A stretch of DNA of 63,957 nucleotides, filler included, from Folioceros fuciformis (lineage: Eukaryota): the NCBI GenBank assembly GCA_049999805.1. It is 12 parts of 12 records of this genome, joined end to end, with 100 filler letters (N's around TTAATTAATTAA, not from the genome) between each part and the next. Parts side by side here need not be neighbours in the genome. Positions count along the whole stretch, not along the records: positions 1 to 17,656 come from JBNGIO010002268.1; 11 more parts are not named here. One strand, 5' to 3'. A model generated the notes under the pieces. That model was not told where the DNA came from and made no database searches. It saw nothing but the letters and a program-made list of their open reading frames with translations. Position 1 is the first letter of the stretch; each line of letters begins with the position of its first letter. Below are positions 1 to 13,800 of the stretch, one piece after another. The translations under genes were made by a program, and so were the position numbers.

Positions 1-287
1 GCTTAAAGCTATGGTCTTTTTTTGTTTAGTTACTACTTCAAGTTTGGCCATAGGACGAACTAGTTTTCGTCTTGGGTTTCATAATTGCAAATTTTTTATT
101 GGTCACAAAAGCATATTTCTATGGGCTGTTTTAGGTCCATGGTTGGAGCAAATTGTAGCAATGAAAATTTTAGCAGTACAAGTTGTAATAGTAATTATTT
201 TAATATTTTTTAGGTATACATTATAAGAGTTAAGTTTATTTGTAAGGGTTAATTTCTTGGCAGATATAGGTTTTATTAGATTTAGGT

Positions 288-684
288 TGTAGGATAAAAA
301 CTTTCGGCAATTACAAATACATCAAGTGCCACGAGCTAGTTTGTGCATCTCAAGGACACTTCCTAATTAGTTTGCTCTTGTTACGAGACAATTAATCAGA
401 CAATTAATCGTGAAGGGTCACATTGACCATCCTATATAAACACCCCTGAAACCCTTGTGTACCTTTTTCCGAATAATACGATATGTGTCTTATTGAATAG
501 ACTAGAAGCATAGCATCCTACCATTAGGATTTCAACATAGTATTAGAGCACATTATAATTGTCTCTGTACTATGGCTGGGCAGTTGTTGTCGAGCAGTGC
601 ATGATCTCTCGGCAATCCCCTCCATAGCCTTGCACAAGACACCATGGACCCAATACTATTAGGATTTCAACATGGTATCAGAGC
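288..684 (+). mobile_element. Probable 5' LTR end plus tRNA-iMet primer binding site (PBS)
   Basis: TTCAACA is followed by TGGTATCAGAGC (673-684). TATA-like CCTATATAAA near 431. The TG start at 288 is tentative. Confidence 0.55.
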
Positions 685-811
685 ATGTTGTAATTGTCTC
701 TGTACTATGGCTGGGCAGTTGTTGTCAAGCAGTGCATGATCTCTCAGCAATCCCCTCCATAGCCCTGCACAAGCCCCTTCATAGCCCTGCACAAGACACC
801 ATGGACCCGAT
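523..811 (+). repeat. Tandem duplication (135-bp period) containing the LTR-end/PBS junction
   Basis: attaggatttcaaca(t)ggtatcagagca...gacaccatggaccc occurs at 523 and 658. The first PBS copy is mutated (tagtattagagc). Confidence 0.9.
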
Positions 812-1783
812 CCGTCAGCTGAGAGCAAATCAAAATTGATAGGTGCATCCTAGAATGGCTAGGATGGGCATGGCCCCCTAGGCCTTAAAAAAAAGAAAAA
901 AAAGAACACTAATTAAGGATCACACCGGTCATTAAGGGTACCCCATCCCCATCTAGGCTCTAATCGAGCGTTGGGGCACTTAACCACTGAGTTTTAATAG
1001 AAGGTGTGTCACCAGCCCCCATACCCTTTGGGCTTATAGCCATTAGACCTTAGATCTGTCATATCAACAATCAGGTTCATAGATGGATTTAAAAAGGGAG
1101 ACGAGGGATAGGCAAGGCATTCCTCCCCCTTCCTCCTCCATTTCTTGTTTTCCGGCCTACCAACGCTGTATTCATGGATTTGTGCCACAATCCTACCTCT
1201 CGACACTCCTTCCACTCCAAGCTTTGCAAGCGCCTAAAATCGCTTAGGCGCCGGCGGGCATGGGCCAACGCATGGAGTTCCCGGTGGGTGTAGCATTTCT
1301 CAAATTGCCGTCGACAATGCTGTACCTGTTCCTCATCCTCTAGCCCCCGTGTGGATTGCCTTCTTCACGGGTTCACGAAGGATGGCCCAGGAACTCCAGG
1401 AGGTTATCTGATCATTGCTGCAGAGGATTGGGCCACTGGCGACCTCATCGTCATGGAGCCAACATCAAGATTGCAACACAATGCAGAGGAGTTTCAACAC
1501 AACTCCTCCAATTCCCTCAGCGCACTAGAGGAACAGAAATTCGTGACAGCAAGAAGGGAGCGCCTTGGGGTGCACTTGCAAGAACAATCAACAACCCAGG
1601 AATCGAAGACACAGGCGGACCTGCAGCAATCGGGCTTGCTTGCGCTTCAGCCTGGTCGCGCTAAAGCACAATCTCCGTTCCGAACCAGTGCGCTTATTGC
1701 GCACCACCCAGCGACGCAGATCGGCCGGGCCAGACACACTAGATTGCCCACGATTGAGTGCGCCGGATCGCCGCTCAAAGAGT

Positions 1784-2017
1784 TGCGCGCTGGATTTGCA
1801 GGAGAGGGACAGACCGGATTTGCAGAATTTGCAAGTAAGGGACATGTCGGACCAGCTCCGTAGGTGCGCGCCGGATTTGTGGAGGAAGGGCGTGCCGGAT
1901 CAGCATTGCAGGGGCGCACCAGATTTGTGAGGCAGGGGCGCGCCGGATTAGTGTTGCAAGGGCGCACCATATTCGTGGGGCAGGGGCGCGTCGGATCTAT
2001 GGAGGAGGTGCGCACCT
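1784..2017 (+). repeat. About 24-bp GC-rich minisatellite (gcgcgccggatttgtg.. units)
   Basis: Recurrent gcgc(g/a)cc(g/a)gat motifs. Translates as 8-aa repeats on both strands. Confidence 0.75.
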
Positions 2018-2579
2018 TGCATCCCGAGGACGCGCTTTGGCCATTTTTCGGGGCCTCAACAGAACACCCCCCCACCCAACAAGTCCCCGACCCGAAACCA
2101 CAACTTAAGTTGCCGTTTCTTTGAGAGGGCTTCTTACCCCCTCCCAACCGGTGTGAACCCGGTTCTTTCGAGCACTGGTTCGGAACCGATTCCCCCTGGC
2201 GCCGGCTAACACCCGGACCCTCTCTTCCATAACTTCCTTCCCTATGCTGAATGTTTTGACACCTAGTTCCACCTTGCAAAGGATTCTCGCGTGAAGATCG
2301 AGCACGCATCAACACCCCCGCCTTTCACCGATTCCGCCTCGGCTCTTTGGGACCAGCTTCAATTTACCACCGAGACATCGGCGGTACTTGTGCTAGGAGG
2401 ACGCTAGCACAAGGTTCTCACTTTGACCGTCGAACTTATTCTGTAATTCTCGTTTATACCTTTTGAAGTTAAGCCTACGCGGACCCCTCTGGCCAAGTTT
2501 TATGACCACGACCTACGACTCCTTCGTGAATCACCTTATAGAGCAATTGAGCTCACTTACATTAGACCCTACAGCAGCT

Positions 2580-5540
2580 ATGGCGACAAGTGGCGCTGCC
2601 ACCATCCCTGGCTCTGCCCCTGTCTACACCCATCACATGAAGGAGAAGGATCGATTCAACGGCCAACACTACTCGGTGTGGCGTGTACGCATGAAGTCTA
2701 TCTTGATAGGTCGGGGCGTCTGGAAGATCGTCGACAGCACGTTACCAAAGCCTAACCCTTCATCTACACCACCCCCTTCCACTGCCGATAGAGAAAGATA
2801 GGACTACTTGAACGGGATTGCTATCGCTCTCCTCATCGGTGGCCTTGACTCTAGCTTGGTGCCTAGTGTGGTGTTCCCTACAGAAGCGTCTGCAATCTGG
2901 GACCAGTTATCAAACACGTACAACGTTAACAATGTTCCAACCCTGTATAGTGTAAGGCAAGAATTTAACCTCCAAAAGATGAAGGAGACCGATACGATCT
3001 CTTCCCACACTTCCAAGTTCAGACAACTGCGAGGACAGCTCGCCTCAATTGGCTCAACTATGTCGGAGATTGACGCCTCAGCACAGTTATTGATGAGCCT
3101 GCAACCGTCTTACCAAAACTTTGTTACCAGCCTGATGTTGGTATCAACTCAGGGTAAGCCAGGTACTGCCCCCACCCTAATAGTGGAGGACATCATCGAT
3201 GCTCTATATCAGCAGGAGCAGAGCCGCCTACGCTCTACGCCGGAAACTGCAATTGGTGCGGAGCTGTAGGCCATTGGGCACGAGAGTGTCGCAAGAAGAA
3301 TGCCGGAGAACCACAAAAGACCACCCTTAAACGTGCGGCTAGTGTCGCAGTAAAAAGGAAAACCAGCGCACAAGAGACAAAGATCGTTAAGATACTTACG
3401 GTTTGCCTCAACACCCAAATGCACCAGGTTTTGGGGTGGTATCTAGATAGCGGAGCTACCGCCCACATTTGTAATGACCATACTCTATTCTCCAAGCTGA
3501 ACACTCATCCCCTTAGAGAAAAGGAGCTACTTGGTGATGAACAAAGTAGATATAGCTTGCTTATCGAGGGACAAGGCACTTGCGAATTCTCCCTTAAGGA
3601 TGGTTTGGTGCTTATATTGGAGCCTGTGCTCCTCGTCCCCCGCATGGGCAAAAATCTCATCTCCATGACCTAGCTTTTGAAGCACGGTGATCTCGAGATG
3701 CTTGTCAAAAGGGGGTCATGTTGTTTCTTCAGGGCCACCAACCCTGAGCAGTGCCTCTTCACTGTTGAGCCTTAAGATAGTCTCTATAAGCTCTCCTTTG
3801 CTGGGGAGAGCGAGCCGTCTACCCTCGCAACTGGACTACAGAGGTTACCCCCTGATGATCTAGCGTCCCTATGGCATGCCAGGCTTGGAGACATCAATAA
3901 GAACAAGGCGATATCTATGGCGTCAAAAGACTTGTATAAATAGCCCTTACCCAAGTGCTTTCGCCATCTCCCTATGTGCGAGTCCTGTGTGCTTGCGAAG
4001 CAGAAGGAGTCCCCTTTTCCGAAGCATGCTCACAGGGCAACTACCACACTGGAACTTGTCCATGCTGATATCTCCGGAAAGATTCATGAACCGTCACTAG
4101 GAGGAGCACGCTACTATCTCACCCTCACGGATGACTTTAGGAGGTACTCTTGGACTTATCCTATGCACATGAAGAGTGACACGTTCACCTACTTCCAAGA
4201 TTGGCTGTCGGTTGATAAGAGACAGACGGGCAACCAACTCAAATTCCTAAGAAGTGATAATGGAAAAAAGTTCGTAAACAATGCCTTCGAAAACTTTTTG
4301 CGAGAGCAAGGTATTTAAAAGGCAGCTAACTGTCCATAATACCCCACAGCAAAATGGGGTTTCAGAGCACAAAATCAGACCATGTTATCCATGACCCGAA
4401 GTATGTTACTATGGGCTGGCCTTCTGGGCCGAGGCCATTGTCACTACCACCTATATCCTCAATCGTGTTATCACCGGCGCAGTCCCTGGGCGTACGCCCT
4501 ATGAGGTATTTTGGAACCAAAAACCTAGCCTCCTTCACCTTCAAGTCTTTGGGTCTACAACCTATGCTTATATACCAAAGACTAAGCGCCAGAAGGTGGA
4601 GGATAGGTCTCGCAAGCTTATGCTTGTCGGATACATCAAGAATGCAAAAGCCTACAAACTATTTAACCCCGATGACCACAGCATCACCCTGGCCCGTAGT
4701 GTCACCTTCTTGGAACCCCCACGGCCAGTCTCAAAGGAATCTGCGGTACCTACATTTCCAGATCTTGATCACCATCAGCCTGATTCCCTATCACAATTCT
4801 TGCTGGATGATGATGATCCCCAATATGACATTGACTCTGAGGACGATGACGGCGACCCTCCCCCTCTGCCACCTTCGGAGGGAGATGTCGCCGCCTCTGC
4901 TCCTCTACCTGATGAACCACTTGCTCAAGAGCCTTTGGCTCCCCTACCAGCAGATCTCCTTGCCCCAGATGAGGCTGTTGTTGATGTGCTACCCGAGCTC
5001 CCGCCAATTCTCGAGGCACCGCCCCCTGAGGCTGGGCCTCCCTTAGGGCCGCGCCGCAACACTCGTCATCGCCCACCACTAGCACAGTGGGCTGAGCTTC
5101 CTTATCAATCTATTGACTTTAGGAGCTCCTTTAGCTCACCTTTTGCAGCACATGCTTTAGCACGCTCGCTTCCAAACGAGCCTACTACCCTCTCTTAGGC
5201 CTTTTCGGGCCCAGAATCTTCCCAGTGGCAGCTCGCAGGGGAGGATGAATACCAAAGCCTTGTGAAGAACAAGACCTGGGAGCTGGTTGATTCGCCCCAT
5301 GGAAGGAAGCCGATTAGCTGCAAATGGACGTTCAAGCTCAAGCTCAATGCCCAAGGCCAGGCCGCCAGTTTCAAGGCTCGCTTGGTAGCCCGAGGCTTTT
5401 CCCAAGTTGAAGGGCTCGACTATCAGGAAACTTTCTCCCCCATAGTGCGAGCTCAATCTATCCGCCTTATCTTATCTTTGGCTGCAGAGCTTGATTTAAA
5501 GCTACACCAAATGGACGTGTGCACCGCCTTCCATAAATAG
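2580..5540 (+). mobile_element. Degenerate Ty1/copia gag-pol (gag, protease, GAG-pre-integrase, integrase, truncated RT)
   Basis: KDRFNGQHYSVWRVRM gag; WYLDSGATAHIC protease; WHARLG; CESC..KQ; LELVHADISG..LRSDNG integrase; KNKTWELV..CKWTFK..KARLVARGFSQ..HQMDVCTAF RT. Domain order PR-INT-RT. Many stops and frameshifts; breaks off near 5530. Confidence 0.95.
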
Positions 5541-6129
5541 GTCACGTACCACATGGAGCCTAAGCACAAGGATTTGAACAAAACTACATGGAAAATATAA
5601 GTCTGGATAACTTTTCCCGTTGGTGTTACTCCCTTCAGTGCCCCTCTTCCAATAGCTCCCATTGAGCCACTAGTAGAAGCTTGGTTGTGGGTTTGGAGGC
5701 AATCAGAGCAATTAATGGCTTTGTTTTATGTTTGCTTTCCATTTACTCACCTTTCCAAGGGTTCTTCACATTGATGTCCTTCCCATCCATGTTCTTCACA
5801 ATGATGTATACCTTGACTTTCACTTGCCATTGGAGTGCGCTTAGCGCAAAAACCCTAGGGATGAGCATTCTTAGATTTTATTCCTTTGCCTCCCCTAGGC
5901 TAGGTGGTGTTTCACACTTTCTAGACCTAAAGTAGTTACTTTTCTTGTTCAACACATTTGGTCAAGCAATTGACAAGCTTTATGAAGAGATGTATTTCCT
6001 GCAAAAGCTAGATTGCAGTCTACCAAAGTGGACGAGGTTTGGTAGTACCCTATCAAGGGGCAGGCAATTGGAAAGCTCTTCCGAATCAAGAGAAGGATCT
6101 ACTTGCTGCAAAATCTCGACTAGAGTCCG

Positions 6130-6366
6130 CCGGGGTGTGCAAGGTTTGCTTGGACTTTATTACCGTGCGTCTTAATAGGTGTCTCATATTGGGTCAAATG
6201 GTGAATAAAAAAGGGCTGCTAGACCTTTGCGCTTGGAGTTGGTGACCACCGGGGTGGATAAGGTTTGCTTGGACTCTATTAACGTGCGTCTTAAGAGGTG
6301 TCTCATGCTGGGTCAGATGGTGAATACAATAGGGTTGCTAGACCTTTGCTCTTGGAGTTGGTGGTC
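6130..6366 (+). repeat. About 119-bp tandem duplication
   Basis: cggggtg..aaggtttgcttggact..gctagacctttgc.cttggagttggtg at 6131 and 6250. Confidence 0.9.
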
Positions 6367-7800
6367 ATTGCCTTTGAGGTCACCATTGCCATCCCTTGTT
6401 CCTCCACACAGATCCTTAGGACATCATTCTAAGAGACATTTTTCGACATTTTGGTTTAGGACCCTTTTTGTTTGAACATTTCACATTTGTATGAGCTCTC
6501 CTCACTGCCCCATGACTTTCTTCGGAGGGAGGGGGGTTGTTGGGGACAATGTTTGACCATTTGCATACACTTGCTTCATGCTCTTAAGAACTAATAGTTC
6601 TTAAGAAGTTCTAATAATTCCCTTAGATAGTATCTAAGGGAATGCCATAGTTGCAAGAGCTAAAATGGTCTTCTTGATTTATGCATTATGGCTTTCTACA
6701 GTAGTGTGGCTTTCTATAGTAGTGTTCATCATCCTCCTACAAGTATTGGAAAGACACACCCCGTTTATAGCCCAATTGCAAGTATCGGCCAATGCGACAA
6801 CAAGTGCAATGTAGGCAGCAGCTTCGGCAATTGTTGTAGGTAAGTCCTTTCCTTATGCTAACTTTGATGTGCTCGGGGGTGCACTAGACAATTACAAGTT
6901 AGGCAATATCAAATTAGTCCATGAGAATTTATAATCTAGGTAGTTGTATATGGGTAACAAAATGATTGGTCCCTTAGGATTTGGTACCCTCCAAGGGTTG
7001 TTCCTCCGGAGTGTGTGGATTGGGTTCGCCTCATTTTTTATCCTGTTTTTTAGTGATCAAATATTTATTTGCGAAAAGGAGTTCATATCCACCACGTAGT
7101 CAACCACCAGTCAAACTGCAATTCCACTACTCTCAACTGCCAATGTGGACGAGGTCCTAATAAAACACCACATTTTCATAATTTACGTGAAATAAAAAAC
7201 CTGTTTAAACAATTACTTCAGGCAGGCACATAGGCTAATGGCAGCACAACAAAAATGCTGACTCCGCAAATCAGCCTTTATAGCCTTCAATGTTGCAAAC
7301 ATTTTCAAAGTTGTCTGGTGATACATGCGCGTGACAGATCACTGATCAGCACGTCCAGCCTCAATGCAGGAAAATGTTCAAGCAGCTAACAGTAAGTTCG
7401 TAGGTAGATCACCAAACCCGACATCCTGTGTGAACAACCCCTCTCAGTGGGCTAATCTGGCACAAGCGGTTCAGTTCACCGAATAGTCTGGCAAGACCTG
7501 TGCAAGCATATTTAAGACGCTCACACCAAAGCTCATCCTTTTCCACTTCACACACGCTGGTTAAACTCGATGTTTGCTGCCAAAATTGTCAGCTGCACCC
7601 CCTCGGTGTTGCTAGTGGTGCAACCTTTCACGCGAGTCAACTGAATCAACGCAGCCAAGAGGCAACTCTGCATATCGGACTGGTGATCAAAGCTAGGGAG
7701 CACGAGATCCTCTCGCACAAGAATTCCCCTCTTGATGCCGATAGAAGCTTGTCACCAGGTAGATTATAATCTGGGAACTCCAAATAGTTCTTAGAGTCGA

Positions 7801-10800
7801 TTATACCTCCGGCCGAGGTTGCTGCTGGGGTTTCCGCATTTGCGCGGCAGAGGAGGCCCTCTTGGGAGTTGCACTCGATACCTTTCGGTCCTTGACTGGC
7901 TGGTCATACCCATATTTTCTCGATACATGTCTGGTGTAGTCCCCACCAGGTGGAGACCTTGGGGGGCTGTCATCTCTCTTGTTGTCCTGTATCCCCACAG
8001 CAATTAGCTGGATAATCAGATCCCGAACCAAGTGAAAGAAAACAAAGGTTGTAAAGGCTGCATGTAGCTAGAAAGAATCAGACAGGCAGCCAATCTTCAT
8101 TGCACACTAACCCTGCCGAAAATGCGTTCTGCAGAAAGCATAGGAAGACAGTTCTTTGGCATCAAATTGGTGGGCACATGATCCGCACGTCCCTGAAGTA
8201 ACTTTTCCAGTGGATGGTCGCAGGACCTGAAAGAAAGTGACGAGTGATGAATTATTAGACGTGATATTATAAAGCCAAATAAACAAAGAATGGGCTGGGA
8301 CATTATCATGGAAGAAAGCTTACATGCATTTAAACCCAATCAGGGGTTTGCCTGAAAGCATGGCCTTCTCTCCATCTATTCTTGCAATGAAGTCTTTCAC
8401 AAGTTTTGCGAGTCTCTGCAACCCCCGAACGATGGTAAGATCAAAATGAAGAGTATTCAAGTGCACAACACCATGTTAACATCAGTGTCCCGCTTGTAAG
8501 CTTCACAGACTTCGAAAGATAAACATAGTTCACAGATACAACAGGAAACAAATCCAGATTCAACGAGATTGGATGTATGGAGGTCTACCTGATGTTCACT
8601 CTTGTCACACTTGAGGGCAAGGCCGTCTTGCATGAACGTTCGAAGCATATTCAGGTTGACACCCAATTTTTGAATATCTTTAGCCCACCTAGCTAGTTTA
8701 GAAACATTCTGCTTTGGCTCGATCTTGTGTGCCTTCAAAGCTTCCTGTGGAAAGATGTTATCAGCGATCAGAAACTCGGCTGCGAGATTGAAGCTATCCT
8801 TGTGATACCAACACAGATAAGCTAGAAGATTTCAGGAAGAATCTTCCTTTTACACGAGGAACGGCAAGCATGTAAGGGAGAAGTAGTGAACATGCCTCCA
8901 AAGCGACAAGAGAAGCATTGTTCTCATCTGTTGGATCGTAGCCCAAGTCATAAGCATCATTGCCGAACTGATAACCTTCTCCCTGCCCATGGTCTCCATC
9001 TTGCGTAGCATGTGACAGCCCACTAGCTGGCCTGGTAGCATGCTCCGAAGCTTCATGCCCCGAAAAATCTCGAGACTTCCCCTCCATTTCAGGGTTCATT
9101 CCAAAACCCTTGCCATTTGGTGCTGAAGCAGGTCTGCTAGCTGCTGCACTTGCTGTTGCGGGTCTCATTGGAGGTCTGTCTCCTGGAGTGTCCGGACTAA
9201 AATCATATGTTGGAGCAGTTGCAGGCCTGACTCCATCTAGAGGTACATCCCCATGGAATCTGACAGAGGATCTACGCTCACTAACAGGTTCCTCAGAGTC
9301 ACTTGCAAACTGTCCAGAACCATCAAGTCCTGATTGAGGCTGGTCATGCCCAGACATGATGAAAGCAGCCTGATTCAAAAGCTCCACGTTCTTGGAAAGC
9401 TGCAAGTAAGTAACGTAAGTACCTAGTTTGTACAGGTGGAAGGGCACTTGACGTAAAGCCTTCAACCTCAACCTTGCATACCTGGGTCAACAATATGTCA
9501 TGTTTCTTGATGGTCTCCGTGGTCTCCTCCGGAAGCATGTAGTCTACTACAGTTTCTACCTAGTCACCACAAAAAGATATCAAGATTTTCAGCAATCATT
9601 GCATCTCATCGACAGGGTTGTCAGAAAAGCATAGTGGGGATGCATGTTTAAACACATACACTAAACATGTGTGCCAAAAACGTGAGCAATGGGAACTGAG
9701 AATGATAAAGTGTAGTTCAATCACCTTAGAGATAACTTCCTGAGTTGGCCCCGGTTTTTGTATACCCGACATTCTGGACTGTTTCCTTTTCTGCAAATCG
9801 ATGATGGCGTTCTTTAAGGCTTGCAATCCAGCCAAATCTGCTTTGCTGGACATCAGCGTCTGCGTTCACCAAAGTTATGAAGGTCAGACATTTCGTTAAG
9901 CATTATCTATAGAAACACCTAAGTACACTTGCCGCTTGACTGGACCCATCTCCCCTGTGTCATCTCTTGTATGTCAAGCTTTGGGATTAGGAGCTATGCC
10001 CTCCAAGTAGGAGAGCATAGCTCACATACTTTTGCAGTTGTAGAAAGAAACTGCCAAAACAGTTTAAAAAAAACTTCTCACCTCCATTTGTAACAACATG
10101 TCTGAATACTCAGTAATTCGCTCCGCGTGGTCATTTATTGCTTTTGCAATGGTTTCGTCATCTGCTGAACCAGCACTAATATCACGGCGAACACCATCAT
10201 GAAGAGTTGCTACCGGTTGTACAATATTCTCTGCCCTCCGGGCCAGCAGAACAGCCAAGTCGCTCCTTTCGGACTGCATAGACCCATGGAATCATTACCA
10301 GTAGCACAATTGATTTCAATGCATAAGATTGAGAGCGTCGTGTGTATACAGCAGGAGTAGGAAACAAACAAGTCATCCCGTGTGAGCTTACTAGTTCGAG
10401 CATCTCTTTCTTCAGTTTATCCAGTTCTGAACGCAATTCATTATATTTGCCGCTCTGTCCTTGAAGCAACTGAACAGCAGCTGCTTCTTTCATTGCATCC
10501 GGCCTCTGCATGTTAGTTCAGCGCCATTTGTTAGCTAATTCACACACACACTTTCCAAGTGATTTAACTTGCCAAAACGCAGCTGACATCATTTAATCCG
10601 GGCCATTAAAATTGGATCTCAGCAAGTGATTAGAGAGGAAAGAGGTTGTCCCTGGAGGTGCTTATGGACCTACGAAGTACCGTGAGGAAGGATATGCATT
10701 TAAAGCATTTACACGATCCAAACAACAAACTCCAGGTAACAATTTACCTGGCCCTGCAGCTCCAATTCCAGACCTTCCTGCACAAATAAGAGCTCGGGAT

Positions 10801-13800
10801 AAATAATAGTATATTGCAGTGAAATTCTCAAGACTAGAGAGACCATGAGAATGACAACCAAATTTAAAAGGGGTGCTACAGCAAGAGGAAGGTGATAACC
10901 ATCTTTCTCAGGTATGGCAACCTGTCTTGCCTAAGATAGATGCTTCTCATCTCCCACTCAAAGTTAGTTCTAAATGGTTATCGGATATTCACTTTTGTCA
11001 ACTTGAAAGACGACACAATGTTACATTTATACATATAGGAGCAGTAAGATAGGCCATGGTTGTACCTCCTGCGGACCTGTCTTGGTTCCAGCCGCTCCAG
11101 CACTCTGCTAGTAAGATGCAAGCCAAATCAGGTCCCTCACATCAGATTGGAAAAAGCATATAAAAAAATGGCCATTGCACAAACCTTGGCCTCAAGAAGT
11201 ACATGCAGCTGTAGAAACTCCTCCCGATCAACCTTGTTGGAGATCAAATCCTGAAAGTGCGAATCCAGAGATTATACACCTCAAATCCAATCATTCACAC
11301 CCGAGCCCATAACAAGAAACAGATGGGGAAAAAGCCTGACTCACTTTCAGCCTCAACAAGATTGATTCACTATCCCTTCGAGGAGCCACGGCCTGTGCTT
11401 TTGCTGCCTGATCTTGCTTGCCCTCAACAACAGTGACTTTAAATCGTAATTCATCCAGCATTGCACTATCCACTTTTCCAGCCACCTTCAGCTCCTACAA
11501 AGTCAAAGAAGAGTCATGTATCAGCAGTTCTGCTACTGAGCGGCATGTCCATGAGTTATCAAAGACGTAGCACATATCCCATCACCCACAATAGCATAAG
11601 ATGCCCTAAAATCACTGCTGAAACACGAAGCATAAAAATCTATATCCACTAAGAGAGCTACTGCTTGTTTACCAGTGCTGCTAAGTCATCTTCAAGTTTT
11701 TGACATCGTTTATCGAGGCGATCTGAAACAACGCTTCCTCTCCTCTGATTTTACATAAGAATCAGTATTAAGAAACATGGGATGTGAGCTACCACAATGC
11801 AAAATAGTCAATGGCCTTGACGCCAAAGAATTTTGCTCCAGATTATAACAAGCACTTGGTTGACGTCAGCGACAAATCTCCATCTTCATGATGGACACAA
11901 ATTGGATGGTTTCAGCTTATGGTGCCAGGATGGTGCACCACAGCTCTGTCAGACTCCTCACACTGAATTCTGGAGCAGCTAAAAGAGAACTTCTCTTGAT
12001 TTGCATCTTGAGTTCATCAATAGCTGCTCCAGAGCTCAGTGACCCTTTCCTGAAATGCTCCTGGAGCTCTTCAATCTTTGCTCCCAGTTTCTCAACAGCC
12101 TGAGAAGGGGACCTCGACGGCTTTTTACAACCACACTAACCCAAAAACATTTGATGGGGAGGGACACTTAACCACCGATTCAGCAGGTGGCATACCTCCC
12201 TCGTGACGTCAGACGTCCTCACAAGTTGTTCAACATCCTCAGAGTCAGCCTTTCGCTGGATTCGCCGTTGTAAATCAGCCACAGCTGCCTCGAGAACAGA
12301 TAGGTCTGCAGTTCCTGGAGGTCCTGCAGTCTTGTCCCCACTTTTCATCCCGGCCAGATTCAAGTCCAGGAAGGGCTTGGAGTCGAAGTCTGAACGCAAG
12401 GTCTGATAAGCCATACCAACAGTTAATAGGTTATAAAGAAAAGTAAGCATTGCCGCATCCCCTATGCAACCAGCTGCACAGGCTTGCTGGGAGGGACATG
12501 CAGAACATATGGTCCACAGACACCTCCAAAAGATAGAAGTCGTTTCATGTGAGCCATGACAGTGGAACCTACGCGTAATGACTTTTGCAGGGCCTCGAGG
12601 TCAAGGGAATGTGCTTTGGTTGTCTGCTGCAACATTTCCCTCAGCTGATCACACTGCACAAGCATTCAACGACATTGATCGGTCAACAACACAGCCTGCA
12701 ACTTGGTGGTAGTGGCACGACATGTGGAGCTGAGAGTACCTGAGATTCCAGGTTGGAAACCTTTTGGCCTTGGGCTTTGAAGTCTGCACCTAAAGACTCT
12801 AGCTTATCCTTGAGCATCTGTATGGTAGATAAGTCAGGAACGTAGGATGACCTCCTCTTGGGTGACTCGACCTTGGGAGGATCAGGCACAACAATAGATG
12901 GGGGTGGCGGCGGTGGTGGTGGGGGTGGTGGAGGTAAGCCTGCTTTTGCAGCAGCCTCGCGATCTGCCCGCTCCTTGTCAGCCCTCTCCTTGTCAGCCAT
13001 CGCCTTTGCAGCTGCCTCACGATCTGCCCGCTCCTTGTCGGCACGCTCCCGCTCTTGTTGGTCTTTGTCGACATCATCCATGAAGTTCTTGGTGTCCTCC
13101 ATAAAGTGCTGGGAGTCCTCCATAAAGTGCTTAGTTGCTTCCATGAAGTGGGTGGATTCGTCCATGAAGTGCTTCGTATCCTCCATAAAATGCTTGGTAT
13201 CATCCATGAAATTCTTGGAATCCTCAATAAAGTGCTTCGTGTCATCCATGAAGTGCTTTGTGTCATCCATAAAATGTTTGGTGTCCTCCATGAAATGCTT
13301 GGAGTCTTCCATAAAATGTTCCAATGCATCAACACGGGGAGGAAGGGACTGCAGTTGAGAAATGTCGATGTTTTTGAAAACAGCAACATTGTCCCCAAGT
13401 TGTTTGACATTATTGGCGTTTGCTTCTAGTCTGCAACAGAGCACGGGGTGAGCGTACCGAACCTACATAAAGCCATGACGCACGCCCATGAATATTCATC
13501 CGAGCATACGTACCCTCGCTCCAGTCCTGCAAGGCGATCCTCCATCATCTTGGCCCAATCCTTTTGCTCTGCACTTTCCTTGTTGTCCTTAGCTGCAGCA
13601 CCTGCTGCATTTTGACTGGCAGAGAGACCGCAAAGAGGGAACGATGAGGATGAGGCCGTGGTATGATCCTGAAGCTGAAGGAGGCAAAGCAGCCGGCCAG
13701 GACGTGAGAGAAACGGACCTCAGCTGGTTCACTTCGCTCTGAAGGCCAGCTAGAGTCTTTCCCACCTCTTCCGCTCTATCCAGGCGTGTTCCCTGTAAAG

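Noticed and set aside
8227..8352. GC donor after AMLS in the coiled-coil gene
   Set aside because: Reading on to the GTAAGC donor near 8323 gives GKPLIGFKCMSCDHPL, a canonical and better-fitting structure.
12858..13429. Antisense and alternative-frame repetitive ORFs over the heptad exon
   Set aside because: Shadows of the 21-nt coding repeat.
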